Source: Eledone cirrhosa (lineage: Eukaryota). From it: a stretch of 64,000 nucleotides of DNA. The notes under the pieces are model-generated. The model had not been told where the DNA came from, made no database searches, and worked only from the letters and a program-made list of their open reading frames with translations. A program made the position numbers and the translations under genes. Below, piece by piece: positions 1 through 14,260 of this stretch (position 1 is its first letter; each line of letters opens with the position of its first letter). Location: positions 102,734,001 through 102,798,000 of the forward strand of contig OZ024743.1 of NCBI GenBank assembly GCA_964016885.1, read 5' to 3'.

Positions 1-99
1 TTCAGCTTAGTACGCTATATTTAAGAAGGTAAAATGTATGTATTATGAGGGTTGAGCTCTTACCGTCTCAGCAGCACATGAGTAAGTCAATCACCATGT

Positions 100-300
100 A
101 TAATTCTCCTCACAACGGTAATAACAAACATCTTCTGCACACCTCTCAAAAACATTCATTCCCACCTTCACCCAGCACTGTTACAACAGGATCTTCAACA
201 AAAACTCTGTGAAACACTTTTACAGTACCGCTCCCAACTTTGTATCGCAGGATGCACAAAGCATACCTCAATCTCAGGACTGCCCGACTATTAACTACTA
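100..300 (+). mobile_element. Decayed Penelope-like element fragment
   Basis: Broken translation resembling ..FPP..YNRIFNKNSVK.FYSTAPN, matching the RT-to-endonuclease linker of the PLE at about 16070-16145. Confidence 0.45.
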
Positions 301-541
301 TCAAATGAACGTATCCTCTCGCATACGTCTCAAACTATAAATCAGGTGCTTATCACAAAATAGTTAGTACACGACGCAACAAATACATAGCCAGCCCTAT
401 AGAAACGATCCAGTGAAGATCACATGAATGTATAGACAATCGATTCACTTTTACAAACCAACTTAATCCTCAAGTCATTCCAGGATCCCGGAGGGTAACA
501 CCATAGTAATTAATGATACTCTACGGAAAGAGGGGGAGAGA

Positions 542-583
542 GATTGACAGTCTGTTTGACGCTGGCTGGAGTTCATCAGAACC
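542..583 (-). ncRNA. Degenerate minimal hammerhead ribozyme
   Basis: Minus strand reads ggtt-CTGATGA-ac..gt-CAAA-cagactg-TC-aatc. GAAA is mutated and stem I is only 4 bp. Confidence 0.35.
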
Positions 584-751
584 ACGCACTCCCCTGCTTC
601 CGCCGAAAATTATAAAAGGTGGATTCTTATAGAATCCAGTAATAATCAGGAGCTGATTATTTCGCCGAAAATAAGTAAGTGACATAGTCACTACTTTAAA
701 ACTGATAGCGTATGGGCATCTAAATATTGCCAAATATACTATACATACATT

Positions 752-811
<60 letters not shown>

Positions 812-1899
812 TATACATATGTGTGTGCGCATGTGTTTGTGTGTGTGTGTGAATGTCTGTGTGAGAGAGCGTGTACCGTCCTGGGTTTCATTAAAACGTG
901 CTTATAATAACACGTTTGCTTATAACCTACAATGATTGTGTTTACTAAACAAACGCAAAACTTACAGTTAATTCTAATGAACAGGCCTGAGTGTGGTGTA
1001 AGAATGATAATTATGAATCTAAAAGTCACTTTTGGCTTGAAAAACGATACCATTTCGGTGTTTGAAAGACAGTAATTGTGGTGTGATTATAGAGCTTTAT
1101 GTATATAAACTTATGGGCATATACACATCACATATACACACATACACCCGTCAGTCCATATGCAATAGACAAATGTATAGTTACACACGCACACGCTCGT
1201 ATCTATAGAATATATCTATAAATATTTCGCACTGTAAACAAACTTAGTGAAAATATCAAAATCTGATATCTATAACTAGGCCAAATTTGTACACACGCGT
1301 ACACATGTTCACAGTCTCTACGTATAACTAAACACGCACATAAACTAACTCATCTCTATCTATTTGTACATACAGTCATGCACGCATGTATATGTATCTA
1401 CATACATACACATACGTAAACATATACATATACATAGTTGTATATACACATACATATGAACGCACGTACATTTTCACATGTATATTCAATAACGTATTGC
1501 CACCACTGAATGGCGAAATGTTTCCCTCTCCTCTCCATTTTCCCCCTCAAACGCGTCTTCTCTTTCCTCTATTACCCTCAGCTTTCTCTCTCGCATTCAT
1601 ATAGAACACCACATTAACATACGCACACATATTAAAAATAGATGTAAACCACCATACAGCCACACACCCATTCTGGAGTTGGATATTGGCCTATCGTTCA
1701 CGATGAACAGGAATACTCACATCTGCTCTAATATGAACATTTAGAGATACCACTGCAGGCTACTGTCATATATTTATATTATGGGATGTGCTTTTCGAGG
1801 CGGCAATGGTGGTTTACAATACCTTAGTAGATGTCTGTCGAATATGTTCTGCACTTGTTAGAAATCCAAAGCAGATATTCACAACAGTGTCCGGGGATA

Positions 1900-2950
1900 T
1901 ATGATTTTTCTCTGACGTGCAAATATCACATCACTTAACTCATTTTTATCTGGTTTTGATATTTCTATAAGACGCCATTTTGCATTGAAGTCTGTTGCAC
2001 TCTTTTTAATGTTCCGATTGTGATTCGGTGGTTGTGTAGCGTTCCTGTTGTCTGATTGTAGTAGTGCCATTGTAGTAACGTTGATTACATTTGTCTTCTT
2101 CTATGCCTATATATACTATATGTTTTGTATTAGAGCTTGTTTATGCGTTGCAAGATATATTTACTGAACACGTTGCTGAAAATGTTCAGTTACATGAATC
2201 CACAGCTATCCGGTTTCACATTGTTAGTTTTTTTCATGCTGGTTGTGCAGCTGTAATTAATCTTAAAATTCTGTGGATCATTTTCCTATATGTGTCGTCT
2301 ATGGGAAAGTGTTTGTGTATTAAAGCTGAAACATTTCCGTTTATATTTCATGTGGCTTTCAGTAAGAATGCGAATAAGAACTATATTATATTAAGTCTTC
2401 TTTTTTTTCGTATTGTGGTTGCTTGGTATTTTGCAAATATGTGAGATTCACACTAAAAACATTGGCTCCGGGTATGTTTTGTATTGGGTTGCGGCGGCGT
2501 CAAAAAATTCTTTATTGGACGATAGACTGAATATCGTTCTATTGATGGTATTGTACACATGAGAAATAGGTGACAAGTTTATGTTAGTTTCTTATTTAAT
2601 TGTGTAAATGAATTGTAGAGGTTGATTGTACACATGAGAAATAGGTGACAAGTTTATGTTAGTTTCTTATTTAATTTTGTAAATGAATAGTAGAGGTTGA
2701 TAGCAACGTTTACAGTGATGTCTCAGACATCTACCATAGTTAGGTTGGTCGTCATGTTTAGTTTACGTTCGGGGTGATAAATATCTGTATAACGTCTTTC
2801 TTGGGTCTGTTTAGTGTTTGACATTCATTTCTTTCAATATAGTTAGTCCGTCATTTCTGTATAAACCAAAGAATACTGATGGTAATTTCTCGGTGAATGA
2901 GTGTAATGTATCGATCTATGAAATCTCGTACATAAGAACTGTACTGTAGT
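1900..2950 (-). mobile_element. Highly decayed Penelope-like element (RT C-terminus and linker)
   Basis: Minus-strand fragments FGLYRNDGL (RT YxDD-like), RKKRRLNII, IHKHFP and KINYSCTTSMKK. Many stops and frameshifts. Confidence 0.55.
2550..2699. repeat. 75-bp tandem duplication
   Basis: attgtacacatgagaaatagg...agaggttg occurs twice head-to-tail with about 2 mismatches. Confidence 0.9.
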
Positions 2951-3113
2951 ATGTATATATATTTACGTCAGGACTCATCGTTTCCAATATGTTTAAAAAA
3001 AATAGAAATCTAATAAAAAATCAGAGACTTTCTACCGTGAAGTATAACTTCGTTTCATCAACAAGTTATGATTTTGGTGACACAAAGCGACACACACAGA
3101 CTGACGCACGCAC

Positions 3114-3232
<119 letters not shown>

Positions 3233-3295
3233 TATTTACATACAATAAAAACGTGTAAAATATTATCAGAAATGCAATTTAAAAAATTAGTCGAT

Positions 3296-3660
3296 TTTCC
3301 CCAATGGGGGAGACAGTTCATATGGGTAACACATACCCCCGAAAAAATGTGCAACCCTCATCTCCAGGAGTACGAAGAGTTTGTACTCCTTTCCTCTCCT
3401 CCTCCTTTTCCTCAACCTACAGGCCATTCTCGCCACTTTCACCCACCTTTCATAAAGCTTGCTGGGTACAGCACCTCTCTCTCCATCCTGATTCTTCTTC
3501 CAAAGTGGTATTTGAAAAAAAGAATCAGTTGTTGGCCGGAGATAAAGGTGTCTGACCTCAGCCCTTTCAACCATACAACTTCTTTTGTCATAGCTATCAC
3601 ACAAAGGTAAACCGCCTCTCCTTCGTTTTTGAAGGAGGGTGGCGGTTTGATCATGACAAT
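3296..3660 (-). mobile_element. 5'-truncated L1/Tx1 LINE copy (ORF2 C-terminus)
   Basis: IKPPPSFKNEGEAVYLCVIAMTKEVVW..FFKYHFGRRIRMEREVL..ERWVKVARMA aligns with the C-terminus of ORF 44373..47792. Confidence 0.85.
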
Positions 3661-3677
3661 GATAGATAGATAGATAT

Positions 3678-3740
<63 letters not shown>

Positions 3741-3947
3741 TAGATATATATACATAATATATATATATATTATATAGTAATCAGAAGCCGTCCTGCACAC
3801 CTGCTATCAAGAACGCGTCTGGGCTTCTCCTCTCTTCGGAGAGGTGCATCCTCGCCAGATCGAGAGAATGCTTTGCTGATCTCTCAAACTCGATCGGTGC
3901 ATCTTAGGATGTTTCGTTTACATATGAGAAATATTTATTGTGTATCG

Positions 3948-4038
3948 ACCTGTTACACACGTTTCCAGAGGATGGACTTAAGGTGACCCATAGGAGTTAT
4001 GGACCCGACTCCAGTATCGATCTGCTCATCAGACTGGT
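3948..4038 (-). ncRNA. Type-I hammerhead ribozyme with long stem II
   Basis: Minus strand reads accagt-CTGATGA-gcaga...tctg-GAAA-cgtgtg-TA-acaggt. Stem I pairs at 5 of 6 positions. The cassette carries a short inverted repeat (about 3911-3930 and 4057-4075). Confidence 0.65.
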
Positions 4039-4910
4039 GATTTGACAAACAAATTTTTTTTCATATGTAAACGAAATTTCCTCGGTCTTTTCTATTATAT
4101 GCACTCTGTCTGTGCATGATTTGGTACAAACACCAGTAATTCACTGTACTACCGACACACTATATATATAAATATTACTCACAATAATAAGAATGTAAAG
4201 TCTAACAGATGCTTTTATTAGATAAGCAACATATCACATGTAAAAAATGTATTATAAAATTAAAAATACGATTGACATATACTTAAATATATCAATCATT
4301 AACAGGAGAAAATTTGTAAAATGATGTAAGAACATGCATCTATTTAAAAAAAAACACCATATTTAAAATATAAATATATAAATTTCAGTAATTATTCATA
4401 TCCTTACATGCATATTCTATTATTGCTTAAAAATATGTTTCATCAATTAAAAGGCTGAGTTCAATAATCAATCAATGGATCATCATGCAACGTTAATTGT
4501 TTTCTGAGCTCACACATCTAAATACAAATCCAGAACTGAAGAAAAAAACGTACATCGTTAAAATCACTACGTCTAATCGTTGTCCCGGTGACGTGAAAGA
4601 AATATTGATAGCTAGAAATAGCAGCCTAAATCTTCCAACTATATAAGTTCTCATAAAATAAATTTAGGAGCATATTTATATTACTAACAATATTAAGAAT
4701 GTCAAGTCTTTTAGTTGGTGAAACATATATTAAACAATAGTACAATATGTATGCAAGGATATGAATAATTACTGAAATTTAGGTATTTACATTTTAAATA
4801 TGTTGTCGTTTGGAAATAGATATATTCTTACATTGTTTTACAAATGTTCTGTTAATGCTTGATACGTCTAAGTATTTAATAATCCTTTTTTAATCTTATA
4901 TATATATATA

Positions 4911-5721
<811 letters not shown>

Positions 5722-5724
<3 letters not shown>

Positions 5725-6315
5725 CTGCCAACTCGTTTTCGAGTACGGCCACTACTTTATATCCATGTAGGAGAACCGTTACCGGTGCGCTGAACGAGTG
5801 TGACTTTTTAGTCCAGCCAGCGACTTGAAAACTCTGGTAGAAACACTACACTTGTGACAATTACTGACACATAGTGTTGGGCCCATGGTACCATGTGATG
5901 ACAAGTGCAGAGAGATCTCCAGATATAAAGCAATACCTGTGCCGTGAAGCTTTTATAGTGAGCAAAGGCACTGCACAAAGCCAGTCCCACTCTCTTAACC
6001 AAGATGATATTTACCAAAAAGAAGAACAAGTCAACATCATTGGATACCATCAGGGTTGCAGGTGTTATATCAGAATTTTCCTTCTCCTAGAATTCTGCCT
6101 TGACAAAGGCTAAGGGGTCATCTCTCCCGGTGATTTTGGATGGCCATTGACTCTTAAGAGCTCCTTTGCCATTTGACAGGTTTTGTTTTTAGTCCTGCAG
6201 GATGTCCAAAGTCACTCTCCTCACCAAGAAACCTTGGTGAGGGTGCCAGTTTAGTCGCCAACGTCCCGACCATGAGAGAGGTTGTACTGGGATACATGTT
6301 ACCAGTAGCACCAAT
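5722..6315 (-). mobile_element. Non-coding retroposon-like repeat, (TGTA)n-associated family
   Basis: Shares tactggtaacatgta, ggcgactaaac.ggca and gagtt.gcagc blocks with 10196-10655 and 62724-63250. Confidence 0.6.
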
Positions 6316-6339
6316 ACATACTTACATACATACATTCAT

Positions 6340-6431
<92 letters not shown>

Positions 6432-6542
6432 CACACTCACACACAGCACAGTACATATATATATAAATGGTGTTGGATGCCTAAAGCGTCCGTATGCGGT
6501 AGGCCGTATGAGCACTTGATGCCCTCGTAGAGCAGCGTATCA

Positions 6543-6840
6543 TATCACAGAAAAAAGAGAATCGGTGTTGCGACGAAAGGAATTTATTGGACATTTTACA
6601 ATTGTCTCTCGGGCGACCAGCTGGAGGCACGATGGATATGGTGATCAAACCTGACTCTGAAATTGCGTGGTCCTCGGATACTGTTTCGTAGAATCGAGAC
6701 GTGTCGGAGGACCGCGCGATTTCAGAGTCAGGTTTGATCACCACATCGATCGTGCGTCGAGCTGGTCGCCCGAGAAATAATTGTAATATGTCCAATAAAT
6801 TCCTTTTGTCGCAACACTGATACTCTTTTTTCTGTGATAT
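6543..6840. mobile_element. Palindromic PLE-LTR-like cassette with two degenerate long-stem-II hammerheads
   Basis: Inverted arms of about 140 bp, homologous to 57018-57175. Cores read CCGAGGA/GAGA on the minus strand and CGGAGGA/GAAA on the plus strand. Confidence 0.7.
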
Positions 6841-7242
6841 ATATATATATATATATGTAATATGTGTATAAGAAAGAAAAGGAGTCGGAAGCAGCGAGGG
6901 AAGGGACAGAGATATCGAAAGAAGGCTGAAAAGTGACCCCTAGAGACAGATAGAAATTAAATATAGAGGCTGATAGAAATATTTGTGAATGCCCCATTCC
7001 CGTGGCTGACTCTTAATATGGCTACTCATAGCAATTTGTCTTCCCCATCTTCGTATTTGTAAATAGCCTATATAGTGTTTTTGTGTAAGCAGTTTGCTAT
7101 TATGATCTTTGTAATTCTGTCTTCATATGTTACTGTTTATATGTATGAATGTGTTACATCCCAGTGGGATTGTATGGCTTTCCGCTACTGGTTTCACAAA
7201 TAGTTTTTATTATAACATTTATTATTGTTATAATTATATTTC

Positions 7243-7445
7243 TTGGCAGAATCGTTAAAGCGTCGGATGAAATACTTTGCAGCGTTTAGTTACGATTTTA
7301 TACGTTCTTAGTTCAAATTCTATCGAGACTATAGCTTAGCCTTTCCTCCTTATGGAGTCGATAAAATAACGTACCAGTGACTCACTAGGACGATTTAGTC
7401 ATCCCCACCTTCAAATAACTGGCCTTATGCCAAATGTCGAAATTC
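7243..7445 (+). mobile_element. tRNA-derived SINE (dominant family)
   Basis: A box tggcagaatcg, B box agttcaaattc, core gtcgataaaataac.taccag, tail tggccttatgcc. Confidence 0.7.
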
Positions 7446-8107
7446 TTCATTCACATAGCTATCTGTTTGCATATGGTCGGGATATCTTGTTTGTTTTAAA
7501 GTAATCGCATTGGATAGATCGAAATACCTTCTTACGAAATATAAAATGTCAATTTTCCGGGATGGTTCCATAATAACAAGTTGCTGTTAGGCTTTGCTGT
7601 TTCAGTCAAGGTTTAAAAAACTTTATTCAATTAATATAGACACGCACAGAAGACACACACTCGTAAATACACGCATATCATTAACGTGCTGTGACTTATA
7701 TTTAACTAATTACGTGTAGGTATGTAAAATCCTATGAATATATATATATATAGAGAGAGAAAGAAATACCTTTAACTGCTTATGGCGCCGTAAGGGCACC
7801 ATAGTGACATATGTTGTGACTTGGGCATTTAAACCTGGCGTAACCCAACATCTCTGAATGTCTGAACATAACCGATTTCTTCCAGAGAGAGGTGGGGACT
7901 GCTAAAGATATACAGAGGATAAATTGACACCAGTACTGGAATGGTACTATGTTTATCGATCTCGAAATACAAAAGACAAAGTTGACATCGGCCTGATATG
8001 AACTCAGAATCTAAAAAGCATATATGCATATATACGTATAATATATATTTACACACACACGCACACGCACACACACACACACACATGTATATATAATATG
8101 TGTGTGT

Positions 8108-8178
<71 letters not shown>

Positions 8179-8236
8179 TGTGTTAGATATTTACATATAT
8201 ATCATATATATTTATAAACATATTTATATATATAAA

Positions 8237-8965
8237 TCCCCATGAATTCACCAAGCTTAAGCTTACAGATTTCCTGTGCTTGTCTCTTCCTATCTTTCCG
8301 TTGCCATACCATCGTTGTTTGTTTACATGTCTCGCTCGTTTCACTCTATTTTACTTGTCCCAATAACTTTATTTGTTATTGTTCACGCCAACTAGAGGTA
8401 TATGATTTTTAAAGCGATGAAATACCAATGAAAGTTGGAAGATCACTAACGAAGGACTAATTTTATTCATATGTAACCCATGTGCAACCAAGCCGCGCTC
8501 CATTTTTCTCATATTTATATCTTTTCCTCAGCTGCGATTGTCTGTTTCTTTCTTACTTTCTCTCCTCTTTTTACCCTCTCTGCCAGTCACACACTCTCTC
8601 TCTGCTGGTCTCTTCCTCACACTTCCACTTCCTCACTCTCTGCTTCTCTCCTCTCTCACTTCCTCCCGTTTGACCTGTGTGAAATCCTTTTCTCGCTCAC
8701 ATCTCACCTATGTCGGATGGTCTGTATCTCCCGTCCATGAATTCACCAAGTTTAAGCTTACATATTTCACGTCCTTGTCTCTTCTTATCTTTCCGTTGCC
8801 ATACCATCGTTGTTTGTTTACATGTCTCGCTCGTTTCACCCTATTTTACTTGTCCCAATAACTTTATTTGTTATTTCTCGCGCCAACTAGAGGTATATGA
8901 TTTTTAAAGCGATGAAATACCAATGAAAGTTGGAAGATCACTGATAAAGGAGTAATTTTATTCAT
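8237..8965 (+). repeat. Unclassified 500-bp dispersed element preceded by a tandem partial 3' copy
   Basis: 8237-8470 repeats at 8735-8965. Related sequence occurs at 32070-32155, 33460-34012 (minus) and 54184-54243. Confidence 0.75.
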
Positions 8966-9107
8966 AAATATATATATATATATATATGGAAAGTTATATT
9001 TAAATTGTTGGGTTACAACTAGTAAATCTGCCAAATCAACTTTTTCAAATACAAGTCGATGTTGAACGGTATGTCAAATCTATTTATCTATAAAACTGTC
9101 TATATTG

Positions 9108-9173
9108 TATTTTGTCTGAAGAAGGCATAACATATTGTTAATATGATATCCCTGAAATATATATAATGAAATA
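9108..9173 (+). ncRNA. Minimal type-I hammerhead ribozyme (PLE LTR family A)
   Basis: tattttgt-CTGAAGA-agg..catatt/aatatg..cct-GAAA-tatata-TA-atgaaata. Stem I is 8 bp including 2 GU pairs. Confidence 0.75.
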
Positions 9174-9213
9174 AATATGGTTTTATAAATATAGTTTCCA
9201 TTTATTTAATATC

Positions 9214-9247
<34 letters not shown>

Positions 9248-9661
9248 AGGGAGAGAGAGAGAGAGATGGATAGATATGTGTTTGTATACACATGTATGTA
9301 TATATCTGTATACATGATCATGAGTGAGCACATGCGCAAGCTCCCCAACATGACTGGGTGTATGTATGTGTGTGTGTGTGTGTGTATGGTTGGGAGTATA
9401 ACACTCGTTGTGTGCGATGATTGGTCAATAACCATATATTGGTGTGTATACATCGTTTAGAACGGGATTCAATCAAATTACATTTGGGTTTTGCTTCGTT
9501 AACAAATCTGACCCTAAGCTACCCATCTGTGAAACGGTCGTAAATGTGTATAATCAATAAATACCTTAAGGGGAAGCGCGTTTTCTTCTCAATATATAAA
9601 CTTTGCCATAGCATAGAATGCTGGTTTTGGTACCTTCCTCAATAAACCTCGAATCTACAAC

Positions 9662-9905
<244 letters not shown>

Positions 9906-10049
9906 TTCTACCTGGAGCTGCGACCGATAGATAGTATTAGCAAATGGAAAGACCAATGGAAACACTGTTTCCTCGGTCCGATTTGACGAAAGTCGATCGT
10001 TAGGAATATGTATATATATGTATATATATGTAATACATATATATATGTC

Positions 10050-10144
<95 letters not shown>

Positions 10145-10195
10145 GTATGTGTGTGTGTATGTGTGTGCATATATATGTATGTATGTATGTATGTA

Positions 10196-10655
10196 TGGTC
10201 GGGGCGTCGGTGACTATACCGGCAACCCCACCAAGCTAGCTTGATGAGGAGGGTGAATTTGGACACCCAGCGGGATGAAATACAAGACCTGGCAAAGGGC
10301 AGAGGAACCCAGCAGAGTCAACAGCCATCCAAATAGTAGTTTTTTGTTGTTTTTTGTTGTTGTTTTTTCACCTGGGAATGAAAGGCCCCCAGTTGTTGTC
10401 ACAACACCTTTTAGGTGAAGGACACTCTGAAAAAAACCCTGCAGTTTCGGAAGCATCCGGTGATGTTGATTGGTTCTCCTTTTCGCGTAGTTTGTTTGAT
10501 GCTATAGATTGGAATTGGTCGATTGCAAGGCCTTTCCTCACTTAAAACACCTTTCAAAGCAGAGACATTGCTGGCGGTAGTCTAAAAGTGCTCTAAACTC
10601 TACAATTTGACAAGCAATTGCAATACTCTTAGCAGAGTTTGCAGCCTTCATGTCA
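10196..10655 (+). mobile_element. Non-coding retroposon-like repeat, (TGTA)n-associated family
   Basis: Collinear with 62724-63250 and flanked by (tgta)n on both sides. Confidence 0.7.
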
Positions 10656-10673
10656 TGTTTGTATATATGTATG

Positions 10674-10766
<93 letters not shown>

Positions 10767-13700
10767 TAAAAGAGAAAACACAGGTAAGCATTAAGAGAAG
10801 GATTTTATACAGGTATTTACGACCGTTTCATTGGTAAGTGCAACCTTATACTGCTATACTGTTTTCTCTTTTATACTTTATACTCCAAGATTGAACGGAA
10901 TTCTTACAAACTTGTGGAGTTACCCCTAACCGTACGTTGAAACCGTCCATGAAACTGGCTTTCTTAACCAAGAACTGGATCACAAAAAGCAATTTTCTGC
11001 TTCCCTAACTATATATATATATATACATTTATATATATATGTCGACAAACAGAATCTGAATGATTTTGTGACATCAATATATTAAATTAGAATCACTCAT
11101 GTAGTGGTAGCCTTCGCACCAGCGTGTGTAAATGTTCAACGGCTGAAATAATGACAATCATGGGATTATCCGCAATGATTTGTCTGTTTCTTCTAATTTT
11201 TCAATATCCTTAATATCCTGGTGATTAGAATATGTGATCGATAGGAATGGTATTCGGAGGGTAAATCGATCCCTGTAATATATATCAAAATAATTCGACC
11301 TCAAAGGAAACTGGTTAAACTAACCGAAAGTTACAGTTACACCATAATGTCTTTTACAAAATGAAATAATGATTTCTAACATAGCCAGATGGTTACACAT
11401 TACATGTGGCTTATAGTGGATTTAGTTCAGTCAGTATTTGTCAGGTTGTTTGTATAATCAATTGCAAGCAGGGAAAAGCGGACGTAAAATGATGATGATG
11501 TGGATGATGAATTGGAAGTGGATAAAAGGTAAACCTGATCCCTAGATAATTTAAACTGAGAACGGATATAAACAGCCTGTCCAACGCTTATAAAGTTCCT
11601 GTCATCCCAATGCACTTTGTAGCTAAAATATATATCATTTGCTTTTATTTTCTAAAGTATTATATTTCATATTGTTGAGAAAATATATTCGTAGGTATTT
11701 AGTTAGATGCTTCCGCGAGAGTTTTGGATAATGTTAAATAAAATATTAATATATTTTCTGTAATCAGTGTACATGAGATTTAAAAGTTTTGGTTCAACTC
11801 TAGTAGAGTGTATTTTGCGACATTTTTTCACTTCTCTGTCGCAATTATGCGTTCTACTTCCCTCAATATATATACCTAGAATTGGCAGAATTGTTAGAAT
11901 GTCGGACAACTTTGGCTTTCATACTTTTGAAGAAAATTCCAGTCCACTAAGGGGTTCGATTTTCCTCAGAAACTCTTTCCCAATTCCTCTCTACCACTCT
12001 CACTCCCTCATTCTCTGGAGGAAATCAGCTGGGTTAAGACATGGAGTGGGGATGGAATCCACCCATTTTAAATTGCTAAAGGTAAGCCGTATGTTATAAC
12101 GTTACCCCAACAACATGAAGAGGGGATACATGTTGATACATTCAATGTATTTATAAAAAAATTAAATTTCTTTCCAAGGTAGCTAACTCTTGTATACGGG
12201 TACTTATTTCTATAACCAAGAAATTGTGAATAACAAAGCCTTCTTCGACGAGATTTGATCTTAAAAACAAAATATCCGATGTCATTTATTTTAGTGATCT
12301 ACCGTTCCTGATTGTTATATTTTGTGTATATATTCAAGACTAGATTTTGTTTACGGTGAGGATACTCGATACATTCCATGCAGAATATTAACGACATTCA
12401 TTTTTGTAGAATAATAAATGAATAAATAAACATTTACTACGATAGAGTACCGTTTGCCCCAGTCCTCTAAACCTTTTGATACTTATAGAAATATGTTGAC
12501 ACATTTATTTTATACTTGAATATTTTGGTTTCCTATTAATCTATTTCTATCAATTTTGAATGGGATGTTCTCCAAAAACAGAAATGATCTAGCTTTATCT
12601 GTTTCCTTTTCTCCACTACTCATCTTGAGAATTGTACTTACGTCTATGATGATTAAATAATAAAACAAACAAACAATAAGTTACAACGAACCGATTAGAC
12701 TTAAGTCTTGTGGTAAAATAACTGCGGAGGGATGTTTTTCCGTGCAATCTCAGCAAAGTGAGTGTAGAGAGCGAGAGAGAGAGAGAGAGAGTGAGAGACG
12801 GAGAAACAGGAAGTGAGAGCTATAATGGAAAGGGAGATAATCCAAAAGGGTTTTACGACATGTGTAAAATACGGTAGAAAACGGGCAGATGGATAGAGAG
12901 AGAGACAGAGAACGAGAGAGAGAAAAAAGGGGAGAGAGAGAAGGAGAGAGTCGATGTGAAACCGTGATGGGACCACTAATCAAGCAAAACAGGTAGATAG
13001 GGGTGACAGCAGTAAATACAAAATTACAAGAAACGTAGTGGGATGTGTGGTTACTGTAAACAAAGTGTAAGATAGTAATATGGACGCAGAAGGAAAAAGG
13101 GGCTGTGTGGTTATTTGATAAAGTGTATTTAGAATAAAAGGAAAGCACAAACAAAGTACAGGTCCCCTCTTCAGTTGTCTGCTGTGGTTCTCGGACATTT
13201 CAACTCATTAAAGACAATCTGTCTAGCCCCAGTGCGTCAATAACTGTTGTAAGTTATTGGGAAAGGAAAAAAAGGAGAGTGAATGCGTGGTGTGTCTATG
13301 GGTGATATGGGTTATTATAAGGTGTGTATTGCGTGTGCGCGGAAATGGTGCAAGTGTCTGTGTGTGTCTATGTTTTTGTATGGATGTTGGTGTGTGTGTG
13401 TGGATGGTAAGCATCCGTGGGTACAGGAGGTCAATTTCATCGTGGGGTAAATTCCAAGTCCGAGCAGAAGGAAAATGGTGATAAGGAAGTGAAATAGCAT
13501 TGTGGCGTGCGCAACTGCGAGTGGTGGCCAAGTCAAAAGAGCGGTGGGAGAGGGTGGTGATGGCAGGACAATGTGGGAGGAGGAGGGAAGGAGGTGGTGC
13601 CAACAAAACAGAATATGATGGGCGATGGCGATTGTGCTACTATGTGTGCTTGAGAGGTAGTTGGCTATGTAGACAGGCAGGTGTGTGTGGGAGGAGGTGG

Positions 13701-13849
13701 CTGAGGGTAACTTGTGTATATATATATGTGATATATGTGTGTATGGAGTTATGTGTATATGTGTGTAGAAAGTTCTGTCAATCGCTGTTTTGATGTGTAC
13801 ATACGCGTATGTGAGCGTATATACTGGCGTGTGTGTGCGTTTAGGGTGT

Positions 13850-14080
13850 AAGTGCGTAGGTCGCATTGCACTCCGTGGAGCGGAGTCCGTAGGCAAGGCT
13901 AGAAGAGGAGCACGAAAAGAACGCCGGACAAGGAGGATGTGGCTGTTGGGTTCCTGGAAGGTAGTAGTGTTGGTGATCTGCGGATATAGGTGGCAGCGGG
14001 GTCGGGATCAGGGAAGGGATCCGGGGGAGGAACGGGTGTTGGGAGTTAGGAAGCTACGGACGAGGAGGTTGCATATATAT
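13850..14080 (-). mobile_element. Decayed Neptune-like PLE linker/GIY-YIG fragment
   Basis: Broken reading RC..YPQITNTTTFQEPN..FSCSSSSLAYG.RSTEC..TY resembles the Cys linker plus FxCxSxNLxY motif seen at 20930-21080. Confidence 0.35.
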
Positions 14081-14089
14081 ATAGAGAGA

Positions 14090-14260
14090 GAGGAAAATGT
14101 TCAAGACCCCGACGGCAGAGCTCGAGCCGTTTCGACGGCTATTTCTGGACTGCCGTCGGGGTCTTGGACATGTTCCTATTATCCACTCTACTGCCCTAAG
14201 TATTGAGTTCTCTGGTGCGTTATGGTCCACCTGCTTCTTTACCACACTTACTTCGTTATA
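14090..14260. repeat. PLE-LTR-like dispersed repeat (family C) with foldback
   Basis: ccccgacggcag...ctgccgtcgggg inverted pair. Homologous to 33007-33065, 34241-34445, 60593-60715 and 61273-61445. Confidence 0.7.
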
